The notes under the pieces are model-generated. The model was not told where the DNA came from and did not search any database. It worked only from the letters and a program-made list of their open reading frames with translations. A DNA stretch of 43,728 bases from a virus (Duplodnaviria; Heunggongvirae; Uroviricota; Caudoviricetes). Shown here piece after piece: positions 8,503 through 17,379 of this stretch. How positions within the stretch are numbered: the first letter of the stretch is position 1; each line of letters opens with the position of its first letter. The DNA lies in the IMG/VR virus record IMGVR_UViG_3300015181_000003, positions 1-43,728 of that record; one strand, written 5' to 3'. Position numbers and translations under genes: made by a program.

Positions 8503-9204
8503 TTATTTCCTCAGGGCTTTAAGTTGCCGTTCAAATTCGGCAGGGTTCGATTTATACAGGACTAAACGCTCTGCTTCACTCATGTCTTTAAACGCTGGTG
8601 CGGCCCCGCCGCCTTTGCTACCGGAAGCCCCGCCGCCGGAAGCTGCATTTGCTTTAATCAAATGCGAAAACGCTTTGTGTTCACGCAGATATTTACGGAA
8701 CTGTTCCGGGTCAGTCGTGATTACGTTTCCGTCTGCGCCAACAAACTTAGTAACCACATCATCACCTTCGAACTCAGTCTTAACGAACGGCGCAAGAATG
8801 TCTACTGCTTCCGGGGTGATAAAGTCGCCCGCGAAAGAGCCTAACACCGCTTTACGTTCGCTGCCGAGGATACGCTCTGCCATTTTGGAGATGCGACCAT
8901 CTTTCTCGGCTAACACCGGGTCATACTGGCTACGAATCGTTTTTTCGAACTCGTCCATCTTACCAGCGGCTTTTAATGCCTCCTGGTGCGCGCGCTGCCG
9001 TTCTTCTTCTGCCTCTTTTGCTTTACGGGCGGCTTCTTTCTTCTCCGCCAGCAGTGCTTCCTGATTAGCCTTAAGCCCGGCAACTTCTTTCTCAATCAGC
9101 GCCTGAACTTCTTCAGCGGTGAACATTTTCAGCGCGTCACCGCCACCAGATTTATCTTCTGCTCCAGCTTCTTCCTGGAACGGATAACGTAAAAAACGAT
9201 TCAT
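8503..9204 (-). CDS. scaffolding protein
   Basis: About 233 aa from ATG 9204 (track start 9258 is TTG); highly charged Ala/Glu/Lys-rich coiled-coil; immediately upstream of the capsid gene. Confidence 0.55.
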   Translation of the reverse strand: MNRFLRYPFQEEAGAEDKSGGGDALKMFTAEEVQALIEKEVAGLKANQEALLAEKKEAARKAKEAEEERQRAHQEALKAAGKMDEFEKTIRSQYDPVLAEKDGRISKMAERILGSERKAVLGSFAGDFITPEAVDILAPFVKTEFEGDDVVTKFVGADGNVITTDPEQFRKYLREHKAFSHLIKANAASGGGASGSKGGGAAPAFKDMSEAERLVLYKSNPAEFERQLKALRK

Positions 9205-9286
9205 AGTCAGTATGTCCCCTGGACGTTGGAATCCGGGCCACCCGGATTTACATGTCAAGAATAAATTATTCCAACATGCAAGGCAA

Positions 9287-9550
9287 CTATTCCAGAATAT
9301 TCCTCACGTAATCCTGCAACATGAACACTTTCAGTCTCAGTTGCCGTACACATTCGGCGTTCTGAACGTCGATAGCCAAATCCTCGTCGGCGTCGCTACT
9401 TGGCAGCGCCAGTTTGCACGGCGGCTGCATCATCGTCGTATCCGGGGATGGAATTGGCGTTGGCGACGGCGCGGGACTTGAACTGCACGCGCTCAGGGTC
9501 AAAAGTGCACACGCTGCGACCAGGCGTTTTAATGTACTTAACGACTTCAC
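9287..9550 (-). CDS. Rz1: o-spanin (Rz1-like lipoprotein)
   Basis: 87 aa with signal peptide and lipobox LTLSAC, Pro-rich mature part; ORF starts inside the Rz frame and extends past it. Confidence 0.55.
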   Translation of the reverse strand: MKSLSTLKRLVAACALLTLSACSSSPAPSPTPIPSPDTTMMQPPCKLALPSSDADEDLAIDVQNAECVRQLRLKVFMLQDYVRNILE

Positions 9551-9782
9551 GGGTAATCACCTCTGATTTCGTCTTGCCTTCGTTGTCAGCAGCGGCGGCC
9601 TTCGATTCATCCTGCTGCTGCCGTTGTGTTTTCTTCGCTAACTCAGCCTGTGCTTTCTGCTGTTGCTGCGAAACGAGATTCGCCCGGCCTTCGTTCCAGC
9701 CGCTGCGGTACTGATAGATGCCGTGTGCGTAAGCCAGGATGATGAAACATGCTCCCGCTACGACAGTTGCTTTAAGATTCAT
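9396..9782 (-). CDS. Rz: i-spanin (Rz-like)
   Basis: 128 aa with N-terminal TM helix and Gln/Lys/Ala-rich periplasmic coiled-coil; AAGGAG SD; overlapped by the Rz1-like frame. Confidence 0.6.
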   Translation of the reverse strand: MNLKATVVAGACFIILAYAHGIYQYRSGWNEGRANLVSQQQQKAQAELAKKTQRQQQDESKAAAADNEGKTKSEVITREVVKYIKTPGRSVCTFDPERVQFKSRAVANANSIPGYDDDAAAVQTGAAK

Positions 9783-10100
9783 GTTTCTCCTTTCTCGATA
9801 AGTAAAGCCCCGCCTTAAAGCGGGGTGCTAGTCCTTATCATTTAAACATAGAAACGGCGTAATCTCAGTAAACCAGTTACTTTTTACACAAGCAATAGAC
9901 TATGGCCCTTCCGAACGCGTCAGCGTAACTACACTCAGGACTTACGTCCCGCTCCGTTACCTGCCCGCGCCGCGGTCGCTTGTTCATACTTCACAAGCTC
10001 AGGTGGAGCTTAGCATATTTTTAGTGAAAAGTCAACTATTCGAATAGTTTATTCCAACATTTACAATTCGGTGGAATAACTGGAATAATCACAGGCACTA

Positions 10101-10122
10101 AAAAGCCCCTTTCGGGGCTTCA
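10101..10122 (-). terminator. rho-independent terminator
   Basis: Stem AGCCCC / GGGGCT with loop TTTC, followed by a T5 run on the minus strand; directly after the gene ending at 10125. Confidence 0.6.
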
Positions 10123-10124
10123 GT

Positions 10125-10586
10125 TTATTCTGGTTTAGTGACCTTCGCCGCTTTACTGACGGCATCTACACCATTGGCATCGGTAACTTTAACGAAGTAT
10201 TCACCAGCCGCGTTAACCGTCAGAGACAAAGCCTCTTCCGGGGCGTTTACGACTTCCTTACCGTCTTTGTACCAGGTCAGTGTATATGGTGCTTTGCCCG
10301 CCTTAACTTCGACAGTGATAGTTGCGCTGTTGTCTGTCAGTTCAGTGTCCTGAGGTTGTACAGAGAAATACACATCTCCAGCATCCGCCAGATACGGAAT
10401 TTCATAAAGCATGCCCGCCGCCGGCAGCGCAATACCCGTCTTGTCCGCAAACGGCATATCGTCTACTGGTGTACCTAGTACACTTTCGTCCTCAATAAAT
10501 ACCACGTTCTCGCCAGAGCCGGACACGCGGGCGTACTGGACTACACGACGCGACGGCACATCAGTTACTTTGAAAAAGCCCATCAT
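10125..10586 (-). CDS. Ig-like domain protein (153 aa)
   Basis: Contains TLTWYKDGKEV Ig-like signature; start overlaps the stop of the head morphogenesis gene. Confidence 0.45.
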   Translation of the reverse strand: MMGFFKVTDVPSRRVVQYARVSGSGENVVFIEDESVLGTPVDDMPFADKTGIALPAAGMLYEIPYLADAGDVYFSVQPQDTELTDNSATITVEVKAGKAPYTLTWYKDGKEVVNAPEEALSLTVNAAGEYFVKVTDANGVDAVSKAAKVTKPE

Positions 10587-11662
10587 TATTCCCCTTTCAG
10601 ATAATCAGCAACACGTTTATCTAGTTCCGCCATCTGCTTAAGCGTAAGCGGATTCCCGAAACCATCTACAGATATTACGCGAAACTCTTCCGGCGATATA
10701 CCGCTGTTACGGAAAATCTTACCCCGCACCGGGCCGAGCGCCTGGTCCTGAAACCATGCCGGTTGTTGTTTAAGGAACTCATAATAGGTGGTATCTGCGC
10801 TTACCTGGGTACCTCCGTCCGCGCCCTTAGCCACACGTTTTGCGCCTTTATCGAGGAAGTCGAACTCTGAACTTATCACCGGTGCCGTGGTACTTCGGCA
10901 ATTCGGATGGGCGGGTGGCATTGGCCCTTTACCAATTTCCCACGTCATTCCGTCCCTGGCTCTGCAAATCGTACTGGTACGGCTATCGAGCGTTGACACC
11001 CACTCGTATTTCTCGATGATGTCGTCGTTCTGGTGGTACGTCTCGTTACGGGCTTCGTTGGATACGTGAGACAGCGCGGTGCGGATTACGGTAGCTGCGT
11101 TTCGTTCAGAGATGTCAGCCAGCCCGCCGGCACCAACAACATTCTTAACAATCTGCCGTGTAGTCTGGCCTTGGACAAAGCCCATCTTAACGCCGGTTAC
11201 GAGGCGCGCGACTTCCGTTTCACCCCAGCCCGACATCAGCTTAGTGAAGTCAACCGGCTTATCACTTAGTGACAGAGGCTGAAACTCGGCGGCGGCCCAC
11301 ACCTGTTCGGCGGTAGGCGTAACAAATTCCGCGTTAACGTTGGCGGTCAGGGTCTTCGCGTTCCACTCAGCTTCATACGCCGCCAGTTCCTTAAGGTCTT
11401 CTGTCAGCTTTGTCTGCCAGTCACCTGTAAGTCCGGTCAGTGCTTCTTCCAGGTCGCGTAATAGTTTATTCAGCCGCGCAGTGCTTCGCCCGTCGTCACC
11501 GAACAACAGCACCTGCCGTTTGATTTCGTCTCGCATTTCCTGAATGAACGGTGCGAGGTCTTTCACCTCGCCTGATGCGGTGCGTTGCAGCCAAATCTGG
11601 TGGCTGATTAGGGATGTAAGTAAGCTCATAGATAAACCCTGTGGCGCTAAAGTTAATAGCAT
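10586..11662 (-). CDS. head morphogenesis protein (Mu gpF / SPP1 gp7-like)
   Basis: 358 aa with STLDSRTSTICRARDG motif typical of this family; follows portal. The start may be the internal ATG at 11629 because a hairpin sits 9 nt upstream of 11662. Confidence 0.7.
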   Translation of the reverse strand: MLLTLAPQGLSMSLLTSLISHQIWLQRTASGEVKDLAPFIQEMRDEIKRQVLLFGDDGRSTARLNKLLRDLEEALTGLTGDWQTKLTEDLKELAAYEAEWNAKTLTANVNAEFVTPTAEQVWAAAEFQPLSLSDKPVDFTKLMSGWGETEVARLVTGVKMGFVQGQTTRQIVKNVVGAGGLADISERNAATVIRTALSHVSNEARNETYHQNDDIIEKYEWVSTLDSRTSTICRARDGMTWEIGKGPMPPAHPNCRSTTAPVISSEFDFLDKGAKRVAKGADGGTQVSADTTYYEFLKQQPAWFQDQALGPVRGKIFRNSGISPEEFRVISVDGFGNPLTLKQMAELDKRVADYLKGE

Positions 11663-11670
11663 ACTATAAG

Positions 11671-11690
11671 AAAGCCCCTTTCGGGGCTAT
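11671..11690 (-). terminator. hairpin / possible terminator between portal and morphogenesis genes
   Basis: Stem AGCCCC / GGGGCT with loop TTTC. Confidence 0.45.
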
Positions 11691-11698
11691 AGGTGAAC

Positions 11699-13180
11699 TT
11701 ACTGCTGAGTGGTGACCTGTTGCTGCGCCGACTGCGGAATCTCTCCCGCCACCTGAGTAACAGCACCTAATGGCAGCGGCGCATCTTCGATAGCGTTCTG
11801 AATGTCCTCATCGGTCCAGTCAGTTACACCCGCCTTGCGCAACGCAGCATAGTAAGCGGTGGCGGGTAACAGGCCGGCGTTAATATCCGCCATCCACTGA
11901 GCACGGTCCTGCGCGGTCATTGGCTGCAGGAAGAACTCCATATTCAGTTTGAATTCAACCTCTGTGCCTTCACGCAGCCCAAGCATCGCAGCTACCCAGC
12001 GCAACGCATCGGTATACGCCATGCTTACATTACGCGCGATTGTTGCCATAACGGACGTATCCGCACCACGTTGCAGGCGGGCCGATTCTGCGGTGATTTG
12101 CTGAGTCGGGGTAATAAGCTGTGCGCCAATCTGGATTGCCTGATTCTCTTTATCCAGCATGTTTTGTTTGGCGAGGTTGTTCTCTCCTGCCTGAACCAGA
12201 AACGCGTTGCCGCCCTCACCGATGTTATGGCCTGAACGCGACCCCATGCGTACCCCGTGTGGGTTGGCTTCTTTCCACTGCTCCATGCTCATATTCCCGC
12301 CCGGGGCGATGAACAGAGTAGGCTGACCAACAACGAAGCTTGATTCCTCGTTATCCGCGCTGTTGCGGAAGTGGCCAATGTTCAGCTCAGCCAACGGCAG
12401 TAAAGGCGCATCGTCGATGGTTGCATCATTGTTGCTTGCTCCAATGAACGTGAACGGTATTTTACCGCGTAACTGTTCACCGAGTTCCGGGAAGATTTCG
12501 ATTACTTCACCCTGAGCGCCACCTTCTGCATCGAAGCGGTAAATGCGCTGGCGGTAGCGCCCGTCAATCAGGTCGAGGACGCGGTATTGCTCACCGAATT
12601 TGGTTTCAAACTCTGCACCCGGTTCTGAGTATTCCCACACCTCGCGCAGCACGACCATTGTCACGCGGTTAACTGAACCGACACGAGTCAATCGCCAGTT
12701 GATGATGTTCTCTGCGGTGTAGAATGCGATGACCGGGTTTAATAATCCCGCGTTCTGCTCTGCCGCCGTTGCTGCGGCTGTCTCCGGGGCATCAACCAGC
12801 AACCCACCACGGCCAACCGAGTCAATCTCCATTAGCGTATCCTGCGCGTGCTGCCACAACCCGACACCGGAACCGTCGGCATTGCGTAACAGGTACTCAA
12901 GCTCAGGCGGGATAATCTGCTCAGGGTCTTTGCGCATCACTGACCCCACCATCCCCGCCAGGGTACGTTTAGTGAAGTTGTAGCAGATAGCGCCGTTCTC
13001 GTATTCTTCCTGGCGCTGGGCCGCGTAGGTCGGGTCAGGCTCATTCTTCCCGACGTTGCGAAGATAGCGGATAAGGTCGCCTTCCAGTGCGTGGCGCACC
13101 TTCTGCCATTTATCGAAGTGATGTAGCCATTCCCGGTGTTTAGTCTTAACACCCTGATTCTGACCGTTCATAGTTAACAT
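11699..13180 (-). CDS. portal protein
   Basis: 493 aa ORF immediately downstream of the terminase large subunit gene; size and position typical. Confidence 0.7.
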   Translation of the reverse strand: MLTMNGQNQGVKTKHREWLHHFDKWQKVRHALEGDLIRYLRNVGKNEPDPTYAAQRQEEYENGAICYNFTKRTLAGMVGSVMRKDPEQIIPPELEYLLRNADGSGVGLWQHAQDTLMEIDSVGRGGLLVDAPETAAATAAEQNAGLLNPVIAFYTAENIINWRLTRVGSVNRVTMVVLREVWEYSEPGAEFETKFGEQYRVLDLIDGRYRQRIYRFDAEGGAQGEVIEIFPELGEQLRGKIPFTFIGASNNDATIDDAPLLPLAELNIGHFRNSADNEESSFVVGQPTLFIAPGGNMSMEQWKEANPHGVRMGSRSGHNIGEGGNAFLVQAGENNLAKQNMLDKENQAIQIGAQLITPTQQITAESARLQRGADTSVMATIARNVSMAYTDALRWVAAMLGLREGTEVEFKLNMEFFLQPMTAQDRAQWMADINAGLLPATAYYAALRKAGVTDWTDEDIQNAIEDAPLPLGAVTQVAGEIPQSAQQQVTTQQ

Positions 13181-13192
13181 TGAATAATCCTC

Positions 13193-14443
13193 TTAAAGTG
13201 CGAAAGTCACCGGGATGTTGATTACTGGTTTAACCACCGGCATCTCGTAAACTACAGGATAGCCGAGAGCATCCGCCATATGGTCAATGATGCCGTCTTT
13301 AGCTGGCTCTCCGTTATCGTCGTATGCCTGCTGCTCCAACGTCTTCGCTATCTCAGGGCATAAGTGGTCGTTAACCCACAGCTTACCTTTTTCCAGCGCG
13401 GTATTCACGGCTAAAACGCGGTCTTTAACCGGTGGGTTGGCTGATTTAGCACGAACATCAAACCCAGCCTGCTGTAGTAAGGCGATGTCGGAGATTGACG
13501 CCGAGTTTGTCTTGCGGTTCTTGCCGCTGGCGTCCGGGTAAACGACGATGCGGTGGCCTTGTGACTTCCACTTCTCCGTAATCACTCTCACGGTGTCCGG
13601 CGTATCGAACAGGCCTTTCAGTTCTGCTACCGCGTGCCAGCCGTCTTTGCGCTGTACGTATACGGCGCTGGCGTTCTTCGTAACGTTGAAGTCCTGCCCG
13701 ATGTACAGCGTGTCTCCGGGTTGAATTGTCTCTTTGCTGCGATGCTTGTGTCGGTCATACGCGTAATACACGCTGCCGGATGTCAGGTTGACGAACTCGC
13801 CGTTCAGATACGCGTTAATCAGTTGCGCCGGGTAAGTCTCCGTCAGCGAGCTAATGTAATCCGGTGGCAGGAATCGCGCGTTCTCATGTGTGGAAGCCTG
13901 CACCATCGAGTAACTTGGCGTCGGGTTATCTTTAAACTTGGCGAAGACGAACTTGAACCCTTCTGGCGTCGTGGTAACAGAAATGTGGTTGGTTACACCG
14001 GGGATAACCAGGCGCATACGGGCTACTATTTTGTTCCATGCCAGTTCAGCTTTCTCGCGACTCAATACGTCCAGCTCATCCACGACCGCCGCGGCGATTT
14101 TGAAGCCGACTATCGAGCCAGGGTTATCCATCGAGCGGCAGATAACTGTTCCGAGCACCGTCTTACCGCGAGTAACCACAACCTCTTTGTCACCGGATTT
14201 AACCAGCACATCAAGGCCGAGCAGGTTAGCCGCTTCCTCAAATGTCGGGTAGAAGATGTCACGGATAGCGGGGTATGTTGGGCCGAAGTAGCCCAGGCGA
14301 GTACCCGGGTGCTTGAGCATGAAGGTAAGCAGGTCAAGGCAGCCGACGAATGTCTTGCCGCTGCCGAATCCGCCAACATAGGCCTTGTATTTGTTATCAC
14401 AATTCAGGAACAGTGCCTGTGGCGCGGATAGCTGAATGCTCAT
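13193..14443 (-). CDS. terL: terminase large subunit
   Basis: 416 aa with Walker A GGFGSGKT near the N-terminus; start overlaps the stop of the upstream small-subunit ORF. Confidence 0.85.
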   Translation of the reverse strand: MSIQLSAPQALFLNCDNKYKAYVGGFGSGKTFVGCLDLLTFMLKHPGTRLGYFGPTYPAIRDIFYPTFEEAANLLGLDVLVKSGDKEVVVTRGKTVLGTVICRSMDNPGSIVGFKIAAAVVDELDVLSREKAELAWNKIVARMRLVIPGVTNHISVTTTPEGFKFVFAKFKDNPTPSYSMVQASTHENARFLPPDYISSLTETYPAQLINAYLNGEFVNLTSGSVYYAYDRHKHRSKETIQPGDTLYIGQDFNVTKNASAVYVQRKDGWHAVAELKGLFDTPDTVRVITEKWKSQGHRIVVYPDASGKNRKTNSASISDIALLQQAGFDVRAKSANPPVKDRVLAVNTALEKGKLWVNDHLCPEIAKTLEQQAYDDNGEPAKDGIIDHMADALGYPVVYEMPVVKPVINIPVTFAL

Positions 14444-14985
14444 TCCTCCACCTCGCCCATGTTCGTTGTTACGATTTTACCTACAGGCTCTGCAACACTG
14501 AAAACAATCTCAGTCGGTGCTGTTTCTTCGGTGGATTCAACCGGTTTCTCTTTGCCGAGGCCCAGCTTAGCTGCGGCAAACGTAGCCGAGATCCCGGCGG
14601 CCCCAGTCTCAGTGAAATACGCCTCTTCCAGCGCCTGTGCCGTCTCCCAGGCTTCTGCAAATGCGGGAATCTCGCGCAGCCACAGCTTAATAATCGGGAT
14701 AGTGACGCCGATGTGTAAGGCGAAGCGGGCCAGTGATGGCGGTTTATCCTGAATCAGCGGGCGTTCGTCACCCTTGGACGTAGGTACGAGTTCCCACGAC
14801 GTGCGGTCGAAGAAACGAATCAATTCGTCGCAATAGTCCGGGTCCCACAACGCGGCGGAATTACGTGATGATTGGTAAAGGCTCTGTTTGCCGCGCGGTC
14901 GTTTACGGCGACGGTTTGCGCTAACAGCTTCTTCATGTGCAGCTTGCACCACCTCTGGCGATGGCTGCTTGAGTTTCAGCTTCAT
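14440..14985 (-). CDS. terminase small subunit (putative)
   Basis: About 181 aa from ATG 14985 (AAGGGG SD; track start 15024 is GTG); Arg-rich segment RRRKRPRGK; coupled to terL. Confidence 0.5.
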   Translation of the reverse strand: MKLKLKQPSPEVVQAAHEEAVSANRRRKRPRGKQSLYQSSRNSAALWDPDYCDELIRFFDRTSWELVPTSKGDERPLIQDKPPSLARFALHIGVTIPIIKLWLREIPAFAEAWETAQALEEAYFTETGAAGISATFAAAKLGLGKEKPVESTEETAPTEIVFSVAEPVGKIVTTNMGEVEE

Positions 14986-15083
14986 AGAATCCCCTTGCAT
15001 ATGCGTCTGACCATCAGAGCGCACCAGACGCGCCCTACGCGTCTAAAGGGATTATATAAGGGGATTGGTCTGGATGTACAGAA

Positions 15084-15103
15084 AAGCCCTCCGTAGAGGG
15101 CTT
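15084..15103 (-). terminator. terminator hairpin at the end of the leftward early operon
   Basis: Stem AAGCCCTC / GAGGGCTT with loop CGTA. Confidence 0.45.
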
Positions 15104-15204
15104 GTATCAGTTGTATAGGCCGTGTCGTGGTGCTCTTTTACCATCACCGCCGTAATGGTCGTTAGCTACGGCGATAGCCCAAGCGTTCGGGACGATTAAC
15201 AGTT

Positions 15205-15384
15205 TCATTTTAAGAATCTCAGCGCGGCGTCCGCGATACCGGACACCACTAGCCCGAAAAACATAGGCCACCAGATATATCGTGGTAGATTGGTAAATGT
15301 TTTAGGATTGACCCAGAAAGCCATTAAAAACGCGAACCAAAACACCATGAAACCGATGTTGCTAAGTAATTCTAAGATAATCAC
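15205..15384 (-). CDS. small membrane protein (59 aa, GTG start)
   Basis: Not in the track. GTG overlapping the upstream stop with AAGGAGAAGGAAGA SD; two hydrophobic helices. Confidence 0.3.
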   Translation of the reverse strand: MIILELLSNIGFMVFWFAFLMAFWVNPKTFTNLPRYIWWPMFFGLVVSGIADAALRFLK

Positions 15385-15617
15385 TCTTCCTTCTCCTTTT
15401 TAGCAATGCGTTGCTCTGTTTTAGTGATACCCCGGCGCGTGAATAGCACCGGGCTTGTCTTAACGTGAGTCATCAGACGATTGTTATAAATTACGTGGCG
15501 CTCGCAATAGACGTCTTTGCTGTACTTCGCAATCGTCATTTCGTTGATGCCGGTTTGTCGGCATGTCTCCGCCATCGTACCAAATTCTTTAATCAGGTTC
15601 GGAATGCTGGTGATCAT
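15381..15617 (-). CDS. hypothetical early protein (78 aa)
   Basis: ATG overlaps the upstream stop (ATGA); track ORF extends to 15641 with a non-ATG start. Confidence 0.4.
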   Translation of the reverse strand: MITSIPNLIKEFGTMAETCRQTGINEMTIAKYSKDVYCERHVIYNNRLMTHVKTSPVLFTRRGITKTEQRIAKKEKEE

Positions 15618-15811
15618 TCTGGTGCAATCTCCGTTATGCACATGATTATAGCCTTTGCGCCGTGTGGTGTATTTTCTGTTGCCTCGCGTTCAATTACCCT
15701 AAGCTCATCCAGCGTGAACTTTTCCCCGTTTTTAGGTGACGCGGTGCAATTGCCAAACCCGGAGCAACTCACGCCATCAGACCAGTTATAGCTAATAAAG
15801 AACTGTTTCAT
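15614..15811 (-). CDS. hypothetical early protein (65 aa)
   Basis: ATG with AGGA SD overlapping the upstream stop; track ORF extends to 15835. Confidence 0.4.
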   Translation of the reverse strand: MKQFFISYNWSDGVSCSGFGNCTASPKNGEKFTLDELRVIEREATENTPHGAKAIIMCITEIAPE

Positions 15812-15978
15812 CCTAAGAAATTCCTCGTTGTCCACATCGCATTCGGATATTTGTTATCGCGGTCCTGCACTACGGCAATCATGTTTCCACGTTGCACCAG
15901 GCAGAAGTGCCGTTGTTGCTCGCCGTTGTAGCGACGCCAGATTGCTTCTTCGATTGCTGCGTTGATGTCACTAAACAT
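15808..15978 (-). CDS. hypothetical early protein (56 aa)
   Basis: Not in the track; ATG overlaps the stop of 15971..16228 and its stop overlaps the next ATG, consistent with a coupled operon. Confidence 0.3.
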   Translation of the reverse strand: MFSDINAAIEEAIWRRYNGEQQRHFCLVQRGNMIAVVQDRDNKYPNAMWTTRNFLG

Positions 15979-16228
15979 ACCCAGCACCCAGCATAACTAG
16001 CATTCCGACCCCGACACCAATCAGAACTGATGCTGCAAAATTAGCCCGCGCTTGGTTGCGTACAATACAAAGTTCAGCTTTGAGAAGTTTGTACTCACGG
16101 GTCAAGTTATCAATCTCCAGTTTCGCGGTGGTCAGTTCCTGAGTCGCTTTTGAATATTTACCGTTAACCTTATCCAGTGCTTTCTTAAGGTCTTTGTTGT
16201 TCTTCTTGAGTTGATCAATCTGTTCCAT
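15971..16228 (-). CDS. coiled-coil protein with C-terminal TM anchor (85 aa)
   Basis: Lys/Leu-rich coiled-coil followed by a hydrophobic C-terminal helix. Confidence 0.45.
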   Translation of the reverse strand: MEQIDQLKKNNKDLKKALDKVNGKYSKATQELTTAKLEIDNLTREYKLLKAELCIVRNQARANFAASVLIGVGVGMLVMLGAGYV

Positions 16229-16230
16229 AA

Positions 16231-16413
16231 CTACCCTACTATCTCATCACCAAGCCACGCCGTTTCCCGTATATCGTCGACCACACAGGCGGCGTGGTCA
16301 CGGCTAATTGCAAAAATGTAGAAGCTAAACTTCTTCCCGTCGGCGTCGATGTGATTAACCGAGTAAGGTTTCCACAGGACGCCATCGATAACTACTGGTT
16401 CAGGCGATTTCAT
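16231..16413 (-). CDS. hypothetical protein (60 aa)
   Basis: Track ORF in the minus-strand early operon; start overlaps the upstream stop. Confidence 0.4.
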   Translation of the reverse strand: MKSPEPVVIDGVLWKPYSVNHIDADGKKFSFYIFAISRDHAACVVDDIRETAWLGDEIVG

Positions 16414-16679
16414 CTTGTGTCGCCAAAAATGTAGTTTTGCAACTCAGTTATCTCTGCCTCAAGCCGTTGGCCTAACTCAGACTTAGTGCAATGCTCTGAC
16501 CATTCTCCAGATTCCAGTAAAGCGAGCATGTTTTCCATATCAGAAGTTATAGATAACAGTCGTTTAAACGCCTCCAGTTGAAACTCACCGTTAATTGACA
16601 GTTGCCCACCTAACGTCTGTTTCTCTGACTCAAGTACCAGGATACGGCGCTCGAGTGAGGCAATTGTGATTTTAGGCAT
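16410..16679 (-). CDS. hypothetical protein (89 aa)
   Basis: ATG at 16679 overlaps the upstream gene end; track start 16688 is GTG. Confidence 0.4.
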   Translation of the reverse strand: MPKITIASLERRILVLESEKQTLGGQLSINGEFQLEAFKRLLSITSDMENMLALLESGEWSEHCTKSELGQRLEAEITELQNYIFGDTR

Positions 16680-16857
16680 TGGCGTCACCTTTGTTCAGGT
16701 TGAAGCGGTTGATAAGTTCACGGCGTGTCTCGTAAAGCGACTCTACCATTTGTTCAGCTACAGCGATTTTAGTATTCAGGACGTGCATCACATGGCTAAT
16801 GTCTACGCCGCTGTTAACGGCCTCAACCATCATCTTTTCGTATTCACGGTCAGTCAT
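16672..16857 (-). CDS. hypothetical protein (61 aa)
   Basis: Track ORF; ATG overlaps the stop of the upstream small ORF. Confidence 0.4.
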   Translation of the reverse strand: MTDREYEKMMVEAVNSGVDISHVMHVLNTKIAVAEQMVESLYETRRELINRFNLNKGDANA

Positions 16858-17011
16858 TTTTACGCTCTCCCCACATGCGATTGAGATACTTGTTCTTGTC
16901 CGGCCCCGGGAAACTGTTGCGTTTCATCAGTTCCTCGCGTGATGGGAACGGGGTGTGATTGACTTTACGGCCAACTCGTAATGGCTGGCTTACCTGGCCT
17001 TGTTCGCTCAT
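16850..17011 (-). CDS. hypothetical protein (53 aa)
   Basis: Not in the track; ATG with GGAGAG SD; stop/start overlaps on both sides. Confidence 0.3.
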   Translation of the reverse strand: MSEQGQVSQPLRVGRKVNHTPFPSREELMKRNSFPGPDKNKYLNRMWGERKND

Positions 17012-17157
17012 TTCTTCTCTCCTGCATAAGCTGCTTTCAGTGCCTTCATCGCCGCAGCCCAGAACGAGTCCGCAGGAATGCTTCCACCAAGGTTGCTAAC
17101 GGCAATGCGCGCCATCAGTTGCGCGTCTTCGAATGCTTCGGTATCTGTGATTTTCAT
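17008..17157 (-). CDS. hypothetical protein (49 aa)
   Basis: Not in the track; ATG with AAAGGAG SD; first well-supported gene downstream of the promoter at about 17265..17293. Confidence 0.3.
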   Translation of the reverse strand: MKITDTEAFEDAQLMARIAVSNLGGSIPADSFWAAAMKALKAAYAGEKK

Positions 17158-17264
17158 TTTCCAAACACTCCTTTAGTTTTCAGATTATTGCGGTAGAACT
17201 GCATCACATGTTCGTTATGGAAGTTACTCATCTTCTCTACTCCGTTCTCGTTGTCGATGAAGTA

Positions 17265-17293
17265 AATATAATAGGGTCTAAGGTAATAGTCAA
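17265..17293 (-). promoter_or_regulatory. sigma70-like promoter (TTGACT-17-TATATT) for the small-gene operon
   Basis: Minus strand reads TTGACT, 17-nt spacer, TATATT; lies between a strong terminator and the first small ORFs. Confidence 0.45.
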
Positions 17294-17313
17294 CTAGTCA
17301 TTACAGAAAATAG

Positions 17314-17347
17314 ATAAAAAAAATCCCGGCTGGGTCAGGGCCGGGAT
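17314..17347 (-). terminator. strong rho-independent terminator
   Basis: Stem TCCCGGC / GCCGGGA with 9-nt loop followed by U8 on the minus strand. Confidence 0.7.
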
Positions 17348-17379
17348 AAAACTGGAGAGCAGAGGGATGGAACAGGAGG

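Noticed and set aside
8042-9064. 340-aa plus-strand ORF
   Set aside because: Antisense to the major capsid and scaffold genes, low-complexity Ser/Arg/Ala-rich translation, no SD; a shadow ORF.
13634-14431. 265-aa plus-strand ORF
   Set aside because: Lies entirely antisense to the terminase large subunit gene, whose Walker A motif and context make it the real gene.
16981-17196. 71-aa plus-strand ORF (and 16666..16884)
   Set aside because: The opposite strand carries a chain of translationally coupled small genes with SD sequences, consistent with the minus-strand early operon.
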